Assembly: GCA_043822065.1 (NCBI GenBank)
Contig: JBDRCC010000001.1
Location: 1-64,000, forward strand
DNA length: 64,000 nucleotides
Direction of reading: 5' to 3'
Source: an archaeon
Lineage (GTDB): Archaea; Undinarchaeota; CAZHTU01; JBDRCC01
Positions 20,458 through 30,809 of the stretch are shown here, one piece after another. The translations under genes and the position numbers were made by a program. The notes beneath the pieces were generated by a model. That model made no database searches, had not been told where the DNA came from, and worked only from the letters and a program-made list of their open reading frames with translations. Position 1 is the stretch's first letter. Each line of letters begins with the position of its first letter.

Positions 20458-21497
20458 TCGAGCTTGAACTTCCCCCTCATTTTTGCATACTGAGTGTAAT
20501 TGATGTATTCCTTGCGGTCGATATAGTACTGTGTAGTCGGGGCGAGCTTCTGTGCCGCCTTGAGGTGCTTTGTCGTCTTTATGTAGAACGAGTCGCTCCC
20601 TGCGCCTGAGCCGTAGGACGTCATCAGGATTGTCTGGTTTGCGTCTGCCTTGTCAAGGACGTGCGAAAGCGCGAGCGGGGAGCAGCCGGAGTATGTGTTT
20701 CCAACGTCCTGCACTATCATCCCTGGGAGGTACTGCTCTTCGGTGAAGCCGAGCTTTTCAGCGGCTCTCCGCGGGAACTTACCGTTCGGCTGGTGGAAGA
20801 CGACGTAATCGAAATCCTTCGGCTTCTTGCCTATTTTTTGGAGAAGCGCCTCGGTGCAGCTGCAGACGTGCTTGAAGTAAGCCGGGTCGCCCGTGAACCT
20901 CCCACCGTGGGATGGGTATGGCGCGCCTTCCCGCCTCCAAAAGTCCGGAGTGTCGGTAGTGTATGAATGGAATGCCTTTATCTCGGCCAGGACTTTCTTC
21001 TTGCCGATGAGGTACGCCGCGCCGCCGCTTGCGGTGGTGTATTCCAGCGCATCGCCAGGGGCGCCTTGGGCGGTGTCAGCGCCGATTGCAAGGCCGTAGT
21101 CCATATAGCCGCCAGCAACGAGGCCGAGGCAGGTCTGGATTGCTGTCGTGCCCGCCTTGCATGCGAATTCAAAGTCAGCCGCAGTCAGGTGCGGGGTCGA
21201 GCCGAGCGCCTGCGCAACTATTCCTGCAGAAGGCTTTACGGCATACGGGTGGGATTCCGAGCCAACGAAGACTGCTCCGATTGCCGTCCGAGGGATCTGG
21301 GCCCTTGCGAAGGCGTTCTTCGCAGCCTGGACTGAGATTGTGACTGTGTCCTCGTCCACGGAGGCGACCGACTTCTCCCGTATTAGGAGGCCTGCCTTGA
21401 CAGATTCGGCATTGCCGCCCCATACCGCGGCAATCTCTTCGGCTTTTATCCTAAAACGTGGGACATAAGCCCCATAACCAACTATACCTATGCTCAT
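20454..21497 (-). CDS. hmgS: HMG-CoA synthase (archaeal)
   Basis: GSESHPYAVKP, EFACKAGT, FHQPNGKFP, GNTYSG. Confidence 0.95.
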   Translation of the reverse strand: MSIGIVGYGAYVPRFRIKAEEIAAVWGGNAESVKAGLLIREKSVASVDEDTVTISVQAAKNAFARAQIPRTAIGAVFVGSESHPYAVKPSAGIVAQALGSTPHLTAADFEFACKAGTTAIQTCLGLVAGGYMDYGLAIGADTAQGAPGDALEYTTASGGAAYLIGKKKVLAEIKAFHSYTTDTPDFWRREGAPYPSHGGRFTGDPAYFKHVCSCTEALLQKIGKKPKDFDYVVFHQPNGKFPRRAAEKLGFTEEQYLPGMIVQDVGNTYSGCSPLALSHVLDKADANQTILMTSYGSGAGSDSFYIKTTKHLKAAQKLAPTTQYYIDRKEYINYTQYAKMRGKFKLE

Positions 21498-21636
21498 GGA
21501 GAGAACTCAATAGTAAGGAGGGGTTTATATGTATTGTGGATGCCGATTCGAGTAGCGTATGTAGCGCACCGCATTTGCCAAAAGGGAGCAGACCAAAAGG
21601 TTTTAATTCCGTTTGACTAATCAACTTAGCACCTAT

Positions 21637-21711
21637 GGGGCCGTAGGGTAGCCTGGTCCATCCTTCGGCGTTCGGGACGCCGAGACCCCAATTCAAATTT
21701 GGGCGGCCCCA
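21637..21711 (+). tRNA. tRNA-Pro(CGG), no encoded CCA
   Basis: Acceptor GGGGCCG/CGGCCCC, anticodon arm CGGCG-TTCGGGA-CGCCG, T loop TTCAAAT. Confidence 0.95.
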
Positions 21712-21804
21712 TTTTTGTTTATCTTAGCCAAGCTGAAGCGCTCTTAAGAATAGAAGGGGGCCGCCTTTCGACAGCCCCATGGGTTTGTTGGGTTTTTGGT
21801 TTTT

Positions 21805-22488
21805 TTATGTTGGGTTTTTTGTTTTCCTGCACGTGGCCGCTGTACTACTAACAAGCTCGTAGGCCCTATGTGCATCTGATTTGCTTAGAATGAGAAGGAT
21901 TTCATTGGGGGTGGAAATTACCTCCTCAACTGAGATTCCGGACCGCTCCAGAATCCCAAACAGATAGTAGTACAGGCCTGGTGTTTCCGCTCCTGGGAGC
22001 GAAGTTCTGATAGAAAGAGCGTGAACGTCCGTCTGGTAGTAGAGGATGCCGGGGCGGAGCTGGTCCTTGAGCCGTTCGGCTATTTGCTGGTCGGCGATTA
22101 CTCCGGTCTCGACCTGCCCTTGGACCAGGTACATTGTTTCGCCCTCCGCCCAGCGGACATCCTGCAGTTGGGTGTTCAGCACGGTAAGGGAATTGGGGTT
22201 TTTCTTGAGCGTTATCCTGACGAGCCCGCCCTTGAGGGAGAATGCCGAGCCGGCAAGGGCTTTGAGAATGTTTTCGCCGTATGGCTCTTTTTCTATGCCT
22301 TCAGCATACCTGCGTATTGCAATGACTATTGCCTCCATCGAGCAGCCCTTTATCTGGGCGCGGACTTCAGGGTAGAGCTTCCTTGCCAAGGCTGAGTGGT
22401 TAATTATGTCTTCCTTCAGCCCATCAACAAGAAACGGCTTTGCTTCTATCAGTTCTCTCACCAGGTCAGATACCTTTGATTTTTTCAT
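21805..22488 (-). CDS. ACT-domain putative transcription regulator
   Basis: N-terminal IINHSALARKL..EAIVIAIRRY and C-terminal ACT-like TPGL..GISVEEVIST. Confidence 0.75.
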   Translation of the reverse strand: MKKSKVSDLVRELIEAKPFLVDGLKEDIINHSALARKLYPEVRAQIKGCSMEAIVIAIRRYAEGIEKEPYGENILKALAGSAFSLKGGLVRITLKKNPNSLTVLNTQLQDVRWAEGETMYLVQGQVETGVIADQQIAERLKDQLRPGILYYQTDVHALSIRTSLPGAETPGLYYYLFGILERSGISVEEVISTPNEILLILSKSDAHRAYELVSSTAATCRKTKNPT

Positions 22489-22735
22489 TCCTCAGGTTTG
22501 TCTAATTTTAGACTTATTGAATGATTTGTTTAGTGAAAAAGGTAGGAAGTATATAAAATAGTAGGGTTTGTTTGAATATTATGAGCGGATATCCGGCTTT
22601 AATCCAAACAAATAGTATAGTATTATACATAATTTATGTAATAAATACTATTGTGCACGCATTCGATAGTTAGCAGTATCCGAGAAAATTATATACCACT
22701 AGGTTTTAAGGGCAGGCAGGAAAGATGGAGTTGGG

Positions 22736-24205
22736 GTGAATTTAATGGATTACAAGATGTACATTAACGGCGAGTGGGTCGAGAGCGCGTCAGGCAAGAC
22801 TTTTGAGAGCGTAAATCCCGCCAATAAAAAATCACTTGGCACATTCCAGAAGGGAACTAAAGAAGATGTCAATGCCGCGATTGACGCGGCAGAGGGCGCA
22901 TTTGAAAAATGGAGCTCCACCCCGGCGCCGAGGCGCGGCGAGATACTGTTCAAGGTCGCAGAAATTCTGAAGAGACGGAAAGAGGAGCTGTCCAAGCTCG
23001 TGACCATCGAGATGGGGAAGGCCATCAAGGAGGGCAGGGGCGACGTGCAGGAGGCAATTGACACTGCAGAGTACTTCGCAGGCGAGGGACGGCGGCTGTT
23101 CGGGCACACCACGCCGTCAGAGCTGCCGGACAAGTTCGCGATGACTATAAGGCAGCCAGTCGGGGTCATGGGGCTGATTACGCCGTGGAACTTCCCGATT
23201 GCTATTCCATCATGGAAGGTACTGCCTGCACTGATTTGCGGCAACACCATGGTGTTAAAGCCGGCGAGCGACACGCCGCTGTGCGCGACAAAGTTCGTCG
23301 AAGTTCTCGCGGAGGCTGGCGTGCCCAAGGGCGTGGTAAACATGGTCACGGGCTCCGGCGGCGAAGTCGGCGACCCGATTGTTGAGAGCAAAAAGATTAG
23401 GGGGATATCATTCACGGGCTCGCACGAGGTTGGCGAAGCCATCACAAGGAAGATTGGAATACGGAAGCTCGGGCTTGAGCTCGGCGGGAAGAACGCGATA
23501 ATAGTAATGGACGACGCAAAGCTCGACCTTGTGGTCGAAGGCATAATATGGGGCGGATACGGGACGACAGGGCAGAGATGCACCGCCGCGAGCAGGGTCA
23601 TAGTCCACGAGAAGGTAAAGGGCAGGCTGGAAAAGATGCTCGTTGAGAGGATTTCGAAGCTCAGGCTCGGAGACGGGCTTGACCTGAAGACTGATGTCGG
23701 CCCGCTGGTGAATGAGAAAGCGGCCCAGAAGACCCACAAGTACACAGAGATAGCGGGCAAGGAGGGCGCAAAGCTCCTGATAGGCGCAGAGTTCGGGCCG
23801 AAGACTGGATTCTTCTACAAGCCGACGCTGTACTCCGACTGCACCTGTGACATGAAGTGCTGCCAGGAGGAGATATTCGGGCCTTTTGTCTCGATGATAC
23901 CTGTCAAGGGGCTTGGCGAAGCCATAGAGGTTTGCAACAACATCGAGTACGGGCTGAGCTCGTCGATATACACTGAGAATATGAGGAACGCGTTCAAGGC
24001 GATTTACGGTATAGAGGCTGGAATAACCTACATCAACTCATCGACAATCGGCGCGGAAGCCCACCTTCCGTTCGGCGGGGTCAAGGGCACTGGCAACGGC
24101 ACAAGGGAAGCCGGGATTGAGGGGATACACGAGTTTTCCGAGACGAAAACTGTGTACTTTGATTATTCTGGCAAACTACAAAAAGCCCAGATTGATGTAG
24201 ACTAA
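22736..24205 (+). CDS. NAD(P)-dependent aldehyde dehydrogenase
   Basis: ITPWNFP, FTGS, LELGGKN, GQRCTA, EEIFGP. Confidence 0.95.
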   Translation: MNLMDYKMYINGEWVESASGKTFESVNPANKKSLGTFQKGTKEDVNAAIDAAEGAFEKWSSTPAPRRGEILFKVAEILKRRKEELSKLVTIEMGKAIKEGRGDVQEAIDTAEYFAGEGRRLFGHTTPSELPDKFAMTIRQPVGVMGLITPWNFPIAIPSWKVLPALICGNTMVLKPASDTPLCATKFVEVLAEAGVPKGVVNMVTGSGGEVGDPIVESKKIRGISFTGSHEVGEAITRKIGIRKLGLELGGKNAIIVMDDAKLDLVVEGIIWGGYGTTGQRCTAASRVIVHEKVKGRLEKMLVERISKLRLGDGLDLKTDVGPLVNEKAAQKTHKYTEIAGKEGAKLLIGAEFGPKTGFFYKPTLYSDCTCDMKCCQEEIFGPFVSMIPVKGLGEAIEVCNNIEYGLSSSIYTENMRNAFKAIYGIEAGITYINSSTIGAEAHLPFGGVKGTGNGTREAGIEGIHEFSETKTVYFDYSGKLQKAQIDVD

Positions 24206-24208
24206 GCC

Positions 24209-25114
24209 ATGGGCGTGCTTGCGGGATTTGCAGGAGTTTGGGCTCTGATTGCCTTAGGGAAGATTGTCCAGCTAAAGGGGATACTGAACGAGGACGCTGC
24301 GAAGCAGATTAACGTTTTTGTCCTGATGGTCGCGATGCCTGCGCTAAGCTTCGAGGCGATGTACAATATTGAAAGCTTCACAGGGCTTTACTGGCTTCCG
24401 GTTGGCGGGCTGCTTGTGGCGCTTGTAGTTACTGCGATTGCGTTCCCTGCAGCCAAGATGATGAAGCTTAAGAAGCAGGAGACGGGAAGCTTTGTGATAA
24501 GCAGCCTTCTGCCGAATGTCGGATTCCTCGGCCTGCCGATTATGGCAGCCTTCTTTGGGCAGGCAGGGGTTGAGGCGGCTGTCGTGTACATAATCTCGTT
24601 CAACATTCTTTCGCCGACGGTTGTGAATTACATTTCCGAGTGCTATGGCGGGGCATGCCCTGCGAGCGGAAAGCAGATGCTCAAGAAAGTCCTGCTGTTC
24701 CCGCTTTTTATCGCATTCATCCTTGGGATAGCCTTCAACTTTTCAGGCATCGCCCTCCCTGAGATTCTAATGACACTCGTTGGCGATGTTGGAAGCATAA
24801 CCATCCCGCTGATTCTGGTTTCCATCGGCGTCCTGCTGAAGATGGAAAAGGCTGACGCGTTCAAGGCGGTCGGGGCGATAGGCGCCCTCAGATTCATTGT
24901 TGCGCCGCTGGTTGCTTACGCCTTCGGGGTTTCGGTTGGGCTTTCGGGAGTCATACTTGCGGTGCTGGTACTGGAGAGCGCGATGCCGCCTGCGATTGCA
25001 AACCTGTCGTACAGCATAGAACGGAAACTTGACGTCAAGCTGACGCTCAATGCGATATTCTACCTGACCCTCGCGAGCATGGTTGCCCTGCCAGTCATTG
25101 CATGGCTGCTGTAG
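24209..25114 (+). CDS. AEC family membrane transporter
   Basis: About 10 TM, PNVGFLGLP and AMPPA motifs. Confidence 0.85.
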   Translation: MGVLAGFAGVWALIALGKIVQLKGILNEDAAKQINVFVLMVAMPALSFEAMYNIESFTGLYWLPVGGLLVALVVTAIAFPAAKMMKLKKQETGSFVISSLLPNVGFLGLPIMAAFFGQAGVEAAVVYIISFNILSPTVVNYISECYGGACPASGKQMLKKVLLFPLFIAFILGIAFNFSGIALPEILMTLVGDVGSITIPLILVSIGVLLKMEKADAFKAVGAIGALRFIVAPLVAYAFGVSVGLSGVILAVLVLESAMPPAIANLSYSIERKLDVKLTLNAIFYLTLASMVALPVIAWLL

Positions 25115-25158
25115 GCGGCTGCTAAATTATTTAAATACAAATTATATCTTGGGTAGGC

Positions 25159-25791
25159 ATGTACGCAGAGTTCCTCAAGGTGTTTCTGGCGATATTCGTA
25201 ATAGTTAACCCCATAGGCATACTGCCAAGGTTCATCGCGCTCACTGCGGGCCAGAAGAAGAGCGAGATATTGAGGACCACAAGGGTTTCAGTATTCATCG
25301 GGTGCGCCCTGCTCATCCTATTCGCACTTGCTGGCAAGTACATACTTTCGTTCTACGGAATAACCACTGACGGGCTGAGGATAGCCGGCGGAGTCCTGCT
25401 TTTTGCTGTTGCTTTCGAGATGGTCTTCAAGGGAGTGCCCAGGACCAAGCACCATCCGGAGGGCGTAGTGTTCAAGGCGACCGACGACGTCGCCGTTTTC
25501 CCGCTGGCGATGCCGATGCTCACTGGCCCGGGCGCGATTACCACGGTCATAATACTGATGCAGGGGCAGATCGGATACGCCGGGTATTCAAGCATAATTG
25601 CGGCGATTCTCCTGACTTATGCAATAGCGTTCTTCCTGTTCAGCTTTTCAGAGCCGGTGCACCGCCTCCTGGGAGAAACTGGCACGAACGTACTGACCAA
25701 GGTTTTCGGCATCCTGATGGCTGCGATATCAGTCGAATACATAGCGACCGGCGTCCAGAACAAGGCGCTTGCCCTGATGAGCCGCTGCTGA
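25159..25791 (+). CDS. MarC family membrane protein
   Basis: IVNPIG, IAGGVLLF, VFPLAMPMLTGPGAI. Confidence 0.92.
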   Translation: MYAEFLKVFLAIFVIVNPIGILPRFIALTAGQKKSEILRTTRVSVFIGCALLILFALAGKYILSFYGITTDGLRIAGGVLLFAVAFEMVFKGVPRTKHHPEGVVFKATDDVAVFPLAMPMLTGPGAITTVIILMQGQIGYAGYSSIIAAILLTYAIAFFLFSFSEPVHRLLGETGTNVLTKVFGILMAAISVEYIATGVQNKALALMSRC

Positions 25792-25843
25792 GAGCTGGGA
25801 AATTGTTTTAAGGTTAGACCTACTAATTCAAAGGGTGCCTGAT

Positions 25844-25917
25844 GCCCGGATGGGGTAGTCTGGATATCCTGACGGCTTGCGGAGCCGTTGACCCGAGTTC
25901 AAATCTCGGCCCGGGCA
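25844..25917 (+). tRNA. tRNA-Arg(GCG), no encoded CCA
   Basis: Anticodon arm ACGGC-TTGCGGA-GCCGT, T arm CCGAG-TTCAAAT-CTCGG; one A-C mismatch at the base of the acceptor stem. Confidence 0.92.
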
Positions 25918-25949
25918 CTTATTTAAAAATAGGGGAGTTTAGGGAAATC

Positions 25950-27647
25950 ATGTGGGATGACTTCAAAGCCGAGGTAAAGAAAGAGGTAAATTTTGCGCTT
26001 AAGGAGCTCGACGCGAGCCTGTCAATTGACTCGTTTGAGCAGCCGCCGGGAGGCTTCGGCGACCTCAGCACGACGGCGCCGCTCGTCCTTGCCAAAGAGC
26101 TCGGCAGGAAGCCGCGGGACATCGCAAAGGATATGCTTGACATAATCTCGACCAGGAAACACAAGCTTATTTCAAAGGTTGAGGTTGCTGGGCCCGGGTA
26201 TTTGAATTTCTATTTAGATTATGACAAGTCCGCAGGCGTGCTAATTGCGGATGTCCTGAAGAAAAAGGACAACTACGGCAAGAGCGCAGTTGGAAAGAAA
26301 AAGAAGACGCTTGTCGAACACACTTCGGCAAACCCAGACGGTCCTCTGCACGTCGGGCATTTTAGGAACTCTGTCATCGGCGACTGCCTTGCCAGGCTGC
26401 TGAATTTTGGGGGATATGACGCGTCCACCGAGTTTTACGTTAATGACGGCGGAAGGCAGATGGGAGTCTGCCTCTGGTCGTATATGAATTTCCACGCAGG
26501 GGAGAAGCCTGACGGAAAGAAGGACCACTGGGTTGCCAAGGTCTATATTGACGGGAACAAGAGGCTTGAGGGAAATGAGGAAGGGGAAAAGCAGGTTGCG
26601 CAGCTCCTTTTGGATTATGCCGCAGGAAAGCACCAGGAAACCTGGAGCAAGGTAGTCGACTGGTGCCTTGAGGGGCACAAGCAGACGCTTGAGGGGCTTG
26701 GGATATCCGTAGACGCTTACCACAAGGAAAGCCGTGAGGTGTGGGACGGCTCCGTAAAAAAGATGATAAAGCTCGTGGAGAAGAGCAAGAATGCGCTGAA
26801 GGATGGGGAGCTCCTCGGAATGGACCTGAAGGAGCACGGCTTCGAAAAGGAGTTCCTGGTCAGGAGGTCGGACGGGACGATACTGTACGGCGCAAAGGAC
26901 CTGGCGTATCATTTTTTCCATAAGGCTGGGCAGGCGGATTGGATGATAAATGTCCTCGGCTCAGACCACAAGCTGTATTACGGGCAGCTGAGGACGGCGC
27001 TGAACCTCCTTGGCGTAAAGCAGAAATTTGACGTCGTGCACTACGAGTTCCTCACCCTGCCGGAAGGGCAGATGAGCACGCGGAGGGGGACATATATCGC
27101 GGTCGACGATCTAATCGCAGAGGCGCGGAAGAGGGCGCTTGCCGAAGTAAAGAAGAGGCGGAGCGACCTTTCGGAGAAGGAGATGCTCAAGATTGCGGAC
27201 GGGGTCGCGGTCGGCGCGCTGAGGTACTCTATAGCCTCGATTTCCCCGGAGAAGCCGATATTTTTCAAATGGGAGGACGCGCTGAACTTTGACAAGAGCT
27301 CCGCCCCCGCGCTCCAGTATACTTTTGCAAGGACGACGAGGATACTTGAAAAGTCGAAGGAGAAGCCGGACCCAAAGGTAAAGTCGCTTGAGGAAAGCGA
27401 AAAGATGCTCGTCAGGAAGATTGCAAGGTTCCAGGAGACTGTTGAAAAGGCGGCGAGCGAGCTCCGACCGCACGTAATCGCTAACTACGCCGACGAGCTG
27501 AACACGGCGTTCAAGGATTTTTACGCAAAGTGCCAGGTCATTGGCTCTGACAAGGAGGCGCAGCGGCTTGCAATAGTAAAGGCAGTCAACCAGGTAATGA
27601 AGAACTGCCTGAATATCCTGGGCATTGAGCCGCTGGCGGTGATGTAA
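25950..27647 (+). CDS. argS: Arginyl-tRNA synthetase
   Basis: EHTSANPDGPLHVGH, MSTRRG, LQYTFAR; start moved to ATG 25950 because the longer ORF runs through the tRNA. Confidence 0.97.
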   Translation: MWDDFKAEVKKEVNFALKELDASLSIDSFEQPPGGFGDLSTTAPLVLAKELGRKPRDIAKDMLDIISTRKHKLISKVEVAGPGYLNFYLDYDKSAGVLIADVLKKKDNYGKSAVGKKKKTLVEHTSANPDGPLHVGHFRNSVIGDCLARLLNFGGYDASTEFYVNDGGRQMGVCLWSYMNFHAGEKPDGKKDHWVAKVYIDGNKRLEGNEEGEKQVAQLLLDYAAGKHQETWSKVVDWCLEGHKQTLEGLGISVDAYHKESREVWDGSVKKMIKLVEKSKNALKDGELLGMDLKEHGFEKEFLVRRSDGTILYGAKDLAYHFFHKAGQADWMINVLGSDHKLYYGQLRTALNLLGVKQKFDVVHYEFLTLPEGQMSTRRGTYIAVDDLIAEARKRALAEVKKRRSDLSEKEMLKIADGVAVGALRYSIASISPEKPIFFKWEDALNFDKSSAPALQYTFARTTRILEKSKEKPDPKVKSLEESEKMLVRKIARFQETVEKAASELRPHVIANYADELNTAFKDFYAKCQVIGSDKEAQRLAIVKAVNQVMKNCLNILGIEPLAVM

Positions 27648-28514
27648 ATGATAGTCTCCTGCGGGCACACGGCTTACGACAATATCTTTCGGCTCAAGGT
27701 CCTTCCTGAGCTGAACGGCTCCTGCGTCGTCGACCAGTTTGGCAGGCACTTTGGCGGCGGCGGGGCAAACGTCGCAGTGGCACTGGCAAAGCTTGGACTG
27801 AAGGTGAAGCTGTTCTCAACCGCCGGAGAGGACTTCACGGGGTCGGAATACGAGAAGTCGCTAATCAAGAGCAAGGTGGACATTGAGCACGTGACCATAG
27901 CCGACGAGAAGACTGCCGAAAGCTGGATGTACTTCGACGAAATGCAGCGCTACAAATGCTTCTTTTACTGGGGCGCGTCAAGGTTTTTGCAGTACTTCAA
28001 GGTCCCGACGGACATACGGAAGCACGACTTCTTTTTCAACGCCCTTGACCCGCAGTTTGTCAGGGCGAACATAGGGCTTGTCAAGGGGAAAGTCGCGTTC
28101 GACCCGTCGTATGACATATACCTCTACACGAAGGAGGACTTCGCTAAGATACTGCCGAGGGTGGACTACCTTTTCCTCAACGAGCACGAGTACCCGATTG
28201 TTATGAAGAACAGCGGCCTGACGAAGAACAAGATACTAAGGAAAGTGGGCACAATGGTTGTCTCAAAAGGCTCCGCCGGCTGCGAGGTCCACACCGAGAG
28301 CCATGTCCGGATGGTCCCAACTCCGCCAGTCGACGTCGTTGACACAGTCGGCGCAGGCGACGCGCACCGAGCAGGCTTTATGGCCGGCATAGAGAAGGGC
28401 TACAGCGAAGTGGAAGCAGCCAAAATTGGAAACTTCGTCGCGTCATTTTCCATACAGGAATTCGGGGCGCAGGCGCGGCTCCCCACGTGGGAAGAAGTCG
28501 AAAAGCTCCTTTAG
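27648..28514 (+). CDS. PfkB family carbohydrate/nucleoside kinase
   Basis: GGGGANVAVALAKLG and DTVGAGDAHRAGF signatures. Confidence 0.92.
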   Translation: MIVSCGHTAYDNIFRLKVLPELNGSCVVDQFGRHFGGGGANVAVALAKLGLKVKLFSTAGEDFTGSEYEKSLIKSKVDIEHVTIADEKTAESWMYFDEMQRYKCFFYWGASRFLQYFKVPTDIRKHDFFFNALDPQFVRANIGLVKGKVAFDPSYDIYLYTKEDFAKILPRVDYLFLNEHEYPIVMKNSGLTKNKILRKVGTMVVSKGSAGCEVHTESHVRMVPTPPVDVVDTVGAGDAHRAGFMAGIEKGYSEVEAAKIGNFVASFSIQEFGAQARLPTWEEVEKLL

Positions 28515-28566
28515 GCTACTGCCCCGCAGAAACTAATTTAAGCCGGCTTAGTCTTATAGGTATTAC

Positions 28567-28643
28567 GGGCCTGTAGCGCAGACTGGAAGCGCGAGTGGCT
28601 TCGGACCACTAGGTCGGGGGTTCAAATCCCTCCAGGCCCGCCA
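28567..28643 (+). tRNA. tRNA-Arg(TCG) with encoded CCA
   Basis: GGGCCTG/CAGGCCC acceptor, AGTGG-CTTCGGA-CCACT anticodon arm, GCCA end. Confidence 0.95.
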
Positions 28644-28715
28644 TAATATTTGTAGGTGGTTTTCTTTGGGGTAATGCATAGACCTTTCTTTTTCTAAAAG
28701 AAAGGGATTCGCTGA

Positions 28716-28733
28716 AAATCCCTCCAGGCCCGC
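28716..28733 (+). repeat. 18 bp exact duplication of the tRNA-Arg(TCG) 3' end
   Basis: AAATCCCTCCAGGCCCGC at 28624-28641 and 28716-28733. Confidence 0.9.
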
Positions 28734-28746
28734 TTATTTTCAGTTT

Positions 28747-29997
28747 TTATGCCGTTGGGTCTGCGACCTTTCCGATGAAAATGATGTTCCCGGTCTCTGT
28801 TTCCTGTATGATAAAGAGGAAGGGGTGGTCCGCGCGGAATATTTTAGGGGGCATGGGAAACCCCGTAAACTTCATTGCGACACCCGTTGCTGCTGCGACC
28901 TCGGTTCCCTCTTCGTTGACATCGATGTAAGCCTGGTGGAGCACTATGCCAATGTAAAGGTTCCGCGTGCCGTCCATCCCAGAAAAGTCTGCCTTGGCTG
29001 GCGAGAACGCCGTTGGCATTCCCATGGAGATTAGGCTGTTTGTCAGGTCGTATTTGGTCTCAAAGGTGAACTTCGGGAGATAAACATCGACATCTTCGGC
29101 TTGCAGCTTGGCTCTCCACTCGCTTAGTTTCTCAAGGGACAGTGAATTTTCTAAGGCGGAAATATCCCCATCTTTTGGCAGGAGAACCAGCATGGAGAGC
29201 TGCTCTCCCACGTAGGGCATTTCAAGTATCTGGAGGTCATCCGTTTCTGTATATTTAAAGTTGGCTTCTTCCCCCGTCAGCTTCATCATTGGAACCTTGA
29301 CAGTTTTGTAAGGGCTGACGCGGAAGTCTTCGTCCCTGGTGTCCGCCTTGTCAAACTGCTTGAGCCAGTCGCCCTTGAAGTAAACCGCATTTGTAAGCAC
29401 GAAGCTTGTGTCTGGGGTTATTGTGCCCTCTGGAAACAGGTCTTTTATTTTGTTGTTAGTCTGACCTTCGACCCATGTGTTGATTGTGATGCGCGATTTC
29501 TCGGTTTCCCGGAGAAAGTCAACATTGGTTGCCTTCCCGCCATAGTATGATTCGACTGTGGTGAGGTACCCGTCCAGGAACTTGTAATCCTGCTGGGCCC
29601 AGAGGGCATTCGCAGTGTGGAGCTTGTACGCCTTGCCCTCTGCATTTAGCCGGTTGTAAAGGCTGGCGAAGGATGAGCGGCGGGCGGTGTCGTCTTCTGG
29701 AAAGTGGAATACGCCCAGCATCTCCTCTGCTGTCTCGCCGCGGGCGCCTTCGTATGCCATGGCTAACGCCGTGGAAATGCTCCAGGGGGAAATGAATAGG
29801 TTCTCGCCATCGGCTTTCAGTTCAGAATACGCGGCCAGGGCAAATTGCGTATTTGAGCCTATAAGCCCGCTGACCCCCTCCGGTGTTGCCTGGCTATCGT
29901 CTGCTGGTTGAGGGGAGGCTGGCGGCCTATCGCCGGTGCAGCCCATTGCAAGAACAAGGGCAAGCAGAAGCCATACGGGGAGGATTCCATTCTTCAT
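28747..29997 (-). CDS. Serpin, predicted lipoprotein
   Basis: Lipobox LAMGC; NLFISPWSI, NAVYFKGDW, hinge EEGTEVAAAT, FRADHPFLF. Confidence 0.93.
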   Translation of the reverse strand: MKNGILPVWLLLALVLAMGCTGDRPPASPQPADDSQATPEGVSGLIGSNTQFALAAYSELKADGENLFISPWSISTALAMAYEGARGETAEEMLGVFHFPEDDTARRSSFASLYNRLNAEGKAYKLHTANALWAQQDYKFLDGYLTTVESYYGGKATNVDFLRETEKSRITINTWVEGQTNNKIKDLFPEGTITPDTSFVLTNAVYFKGDWLKQFDKADTRDEDFRVSPYKTVKVPMMKLTGEEANFKYTETDDLQILEMPYVGEQLSMLVLLPKDGDISALENSLSLEKLSEWRAKLQAEDVDVYLPKFTFETKYDLTNSLISMGMPTAFSPAKADFSGMDGTRNLYIGIVLHQAYIDVNEEGTEVAAATGVAMKFTGFPMPPKIFRADHPFLFIIQETETGNIIFIGKVADPTA

Positions 29998-30137
29998 TGT
30001 ACCTAGTAGATAAGCGCGGCGTTATATAATTTTTTTGTTTTGCAGGGCGGCAGGGGAAAAGCTTAGCTAGGGGATGCGGGCTGGTTTCAGAGTTTAGAAA
30101 CCAGCATATTTATTAATGACTCTGAGTATCCTAAATT

Positions 30138-30809
30138 ATGATAAAGCTAAAGGACTGGATAACCCTTGCAAACCTTGCGTTTGGGTTTGCCGCGATAATA
30201 TTTATTCTAGAGGGGGACTACCAGACGGGCACCAGGTTCATACTCCTCGCCGCGCTTGCGGACGGAAGCGACGGATTCATCTCAAGGAAGTTCTCAAAGC
30301 CTGACGACTACGGGCGTGAGCTTGACTCGCTATGCGACTTAGTCTCATTCGGCGTCGCGCCGGCTCTTTTGATATACAAGTCGATTGTGGGCGGGTTCCT
30401 CGGGATATTCGTCGGGCTCGCGCTCCTTTCAGCAGCAGCCCTGCGGCTTGCGAGGTTCAACCTGGTTTCAGGAGGGGACCGCTCGCTTTTCATCGGTCTC
30501 CCGGTTCCGGCATCCGCGATACTTGTCGTGACCTACTTCAATACTCACATAGTGCTTGAGAGGTACCTCATAACCGCGTTCCTGCTTTTCCTTGCCCTGC
30601 TTAACATAAGCGAGTTCAGGTACCCAAGCCAGAAGAGGGGCCTGAAGAAGCGGCAGGTTCTTGCGCTGGTCATAATTATCGGGTTCTTCCTGTACTATGT
30701 AAAGGAGGGGCTCATGTGGAACTTCCTGTTTGTGTCTGGCGTGATATACCTGATGGCGCCGCTGTATTACGGCATAAGAAAGTATATTCCGCCTAGGCTC
30801 CAGCTATAA
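30138..30809 (+). CDS. pssA: Archaetidylserine/phosphatidylserine synthase
   Basis: ADGSDG..GRELDSLCDLVSFGVAP, LRLARFN, FIGLPVP. Confidence 0.9.
   Translation: MIKLKDWITLANLAFGFAAIIFILEGDYQTGTRFILLAALADGSDGFISRKFSKPDDYGRELDSLCDLVSFGVAPALLIYKSIVGGFLGIFVGLALLSAAALRLARFNLVSGGDRSLFIGLPVPASAILVVTYFNTHIVLERYLITAFLLFLALLNISEFRYPSQKRGLKKRQVLALVIIIGFFLYYVKEGLMWNFLFVSGVIYLMAPLYYGIRKYIPPRLQL

Noticed and set aside
21451-21696. 81 aa minus-strand ORF
   Set aside because: Overlaps tRNA-Pro and the hmgS start; no protein features.
25842-25949. 36 aa N-terminal extension of ArgRS
   Set aside because: It reads through tRNA-Arg(GCG); the real start is ATG 25950.
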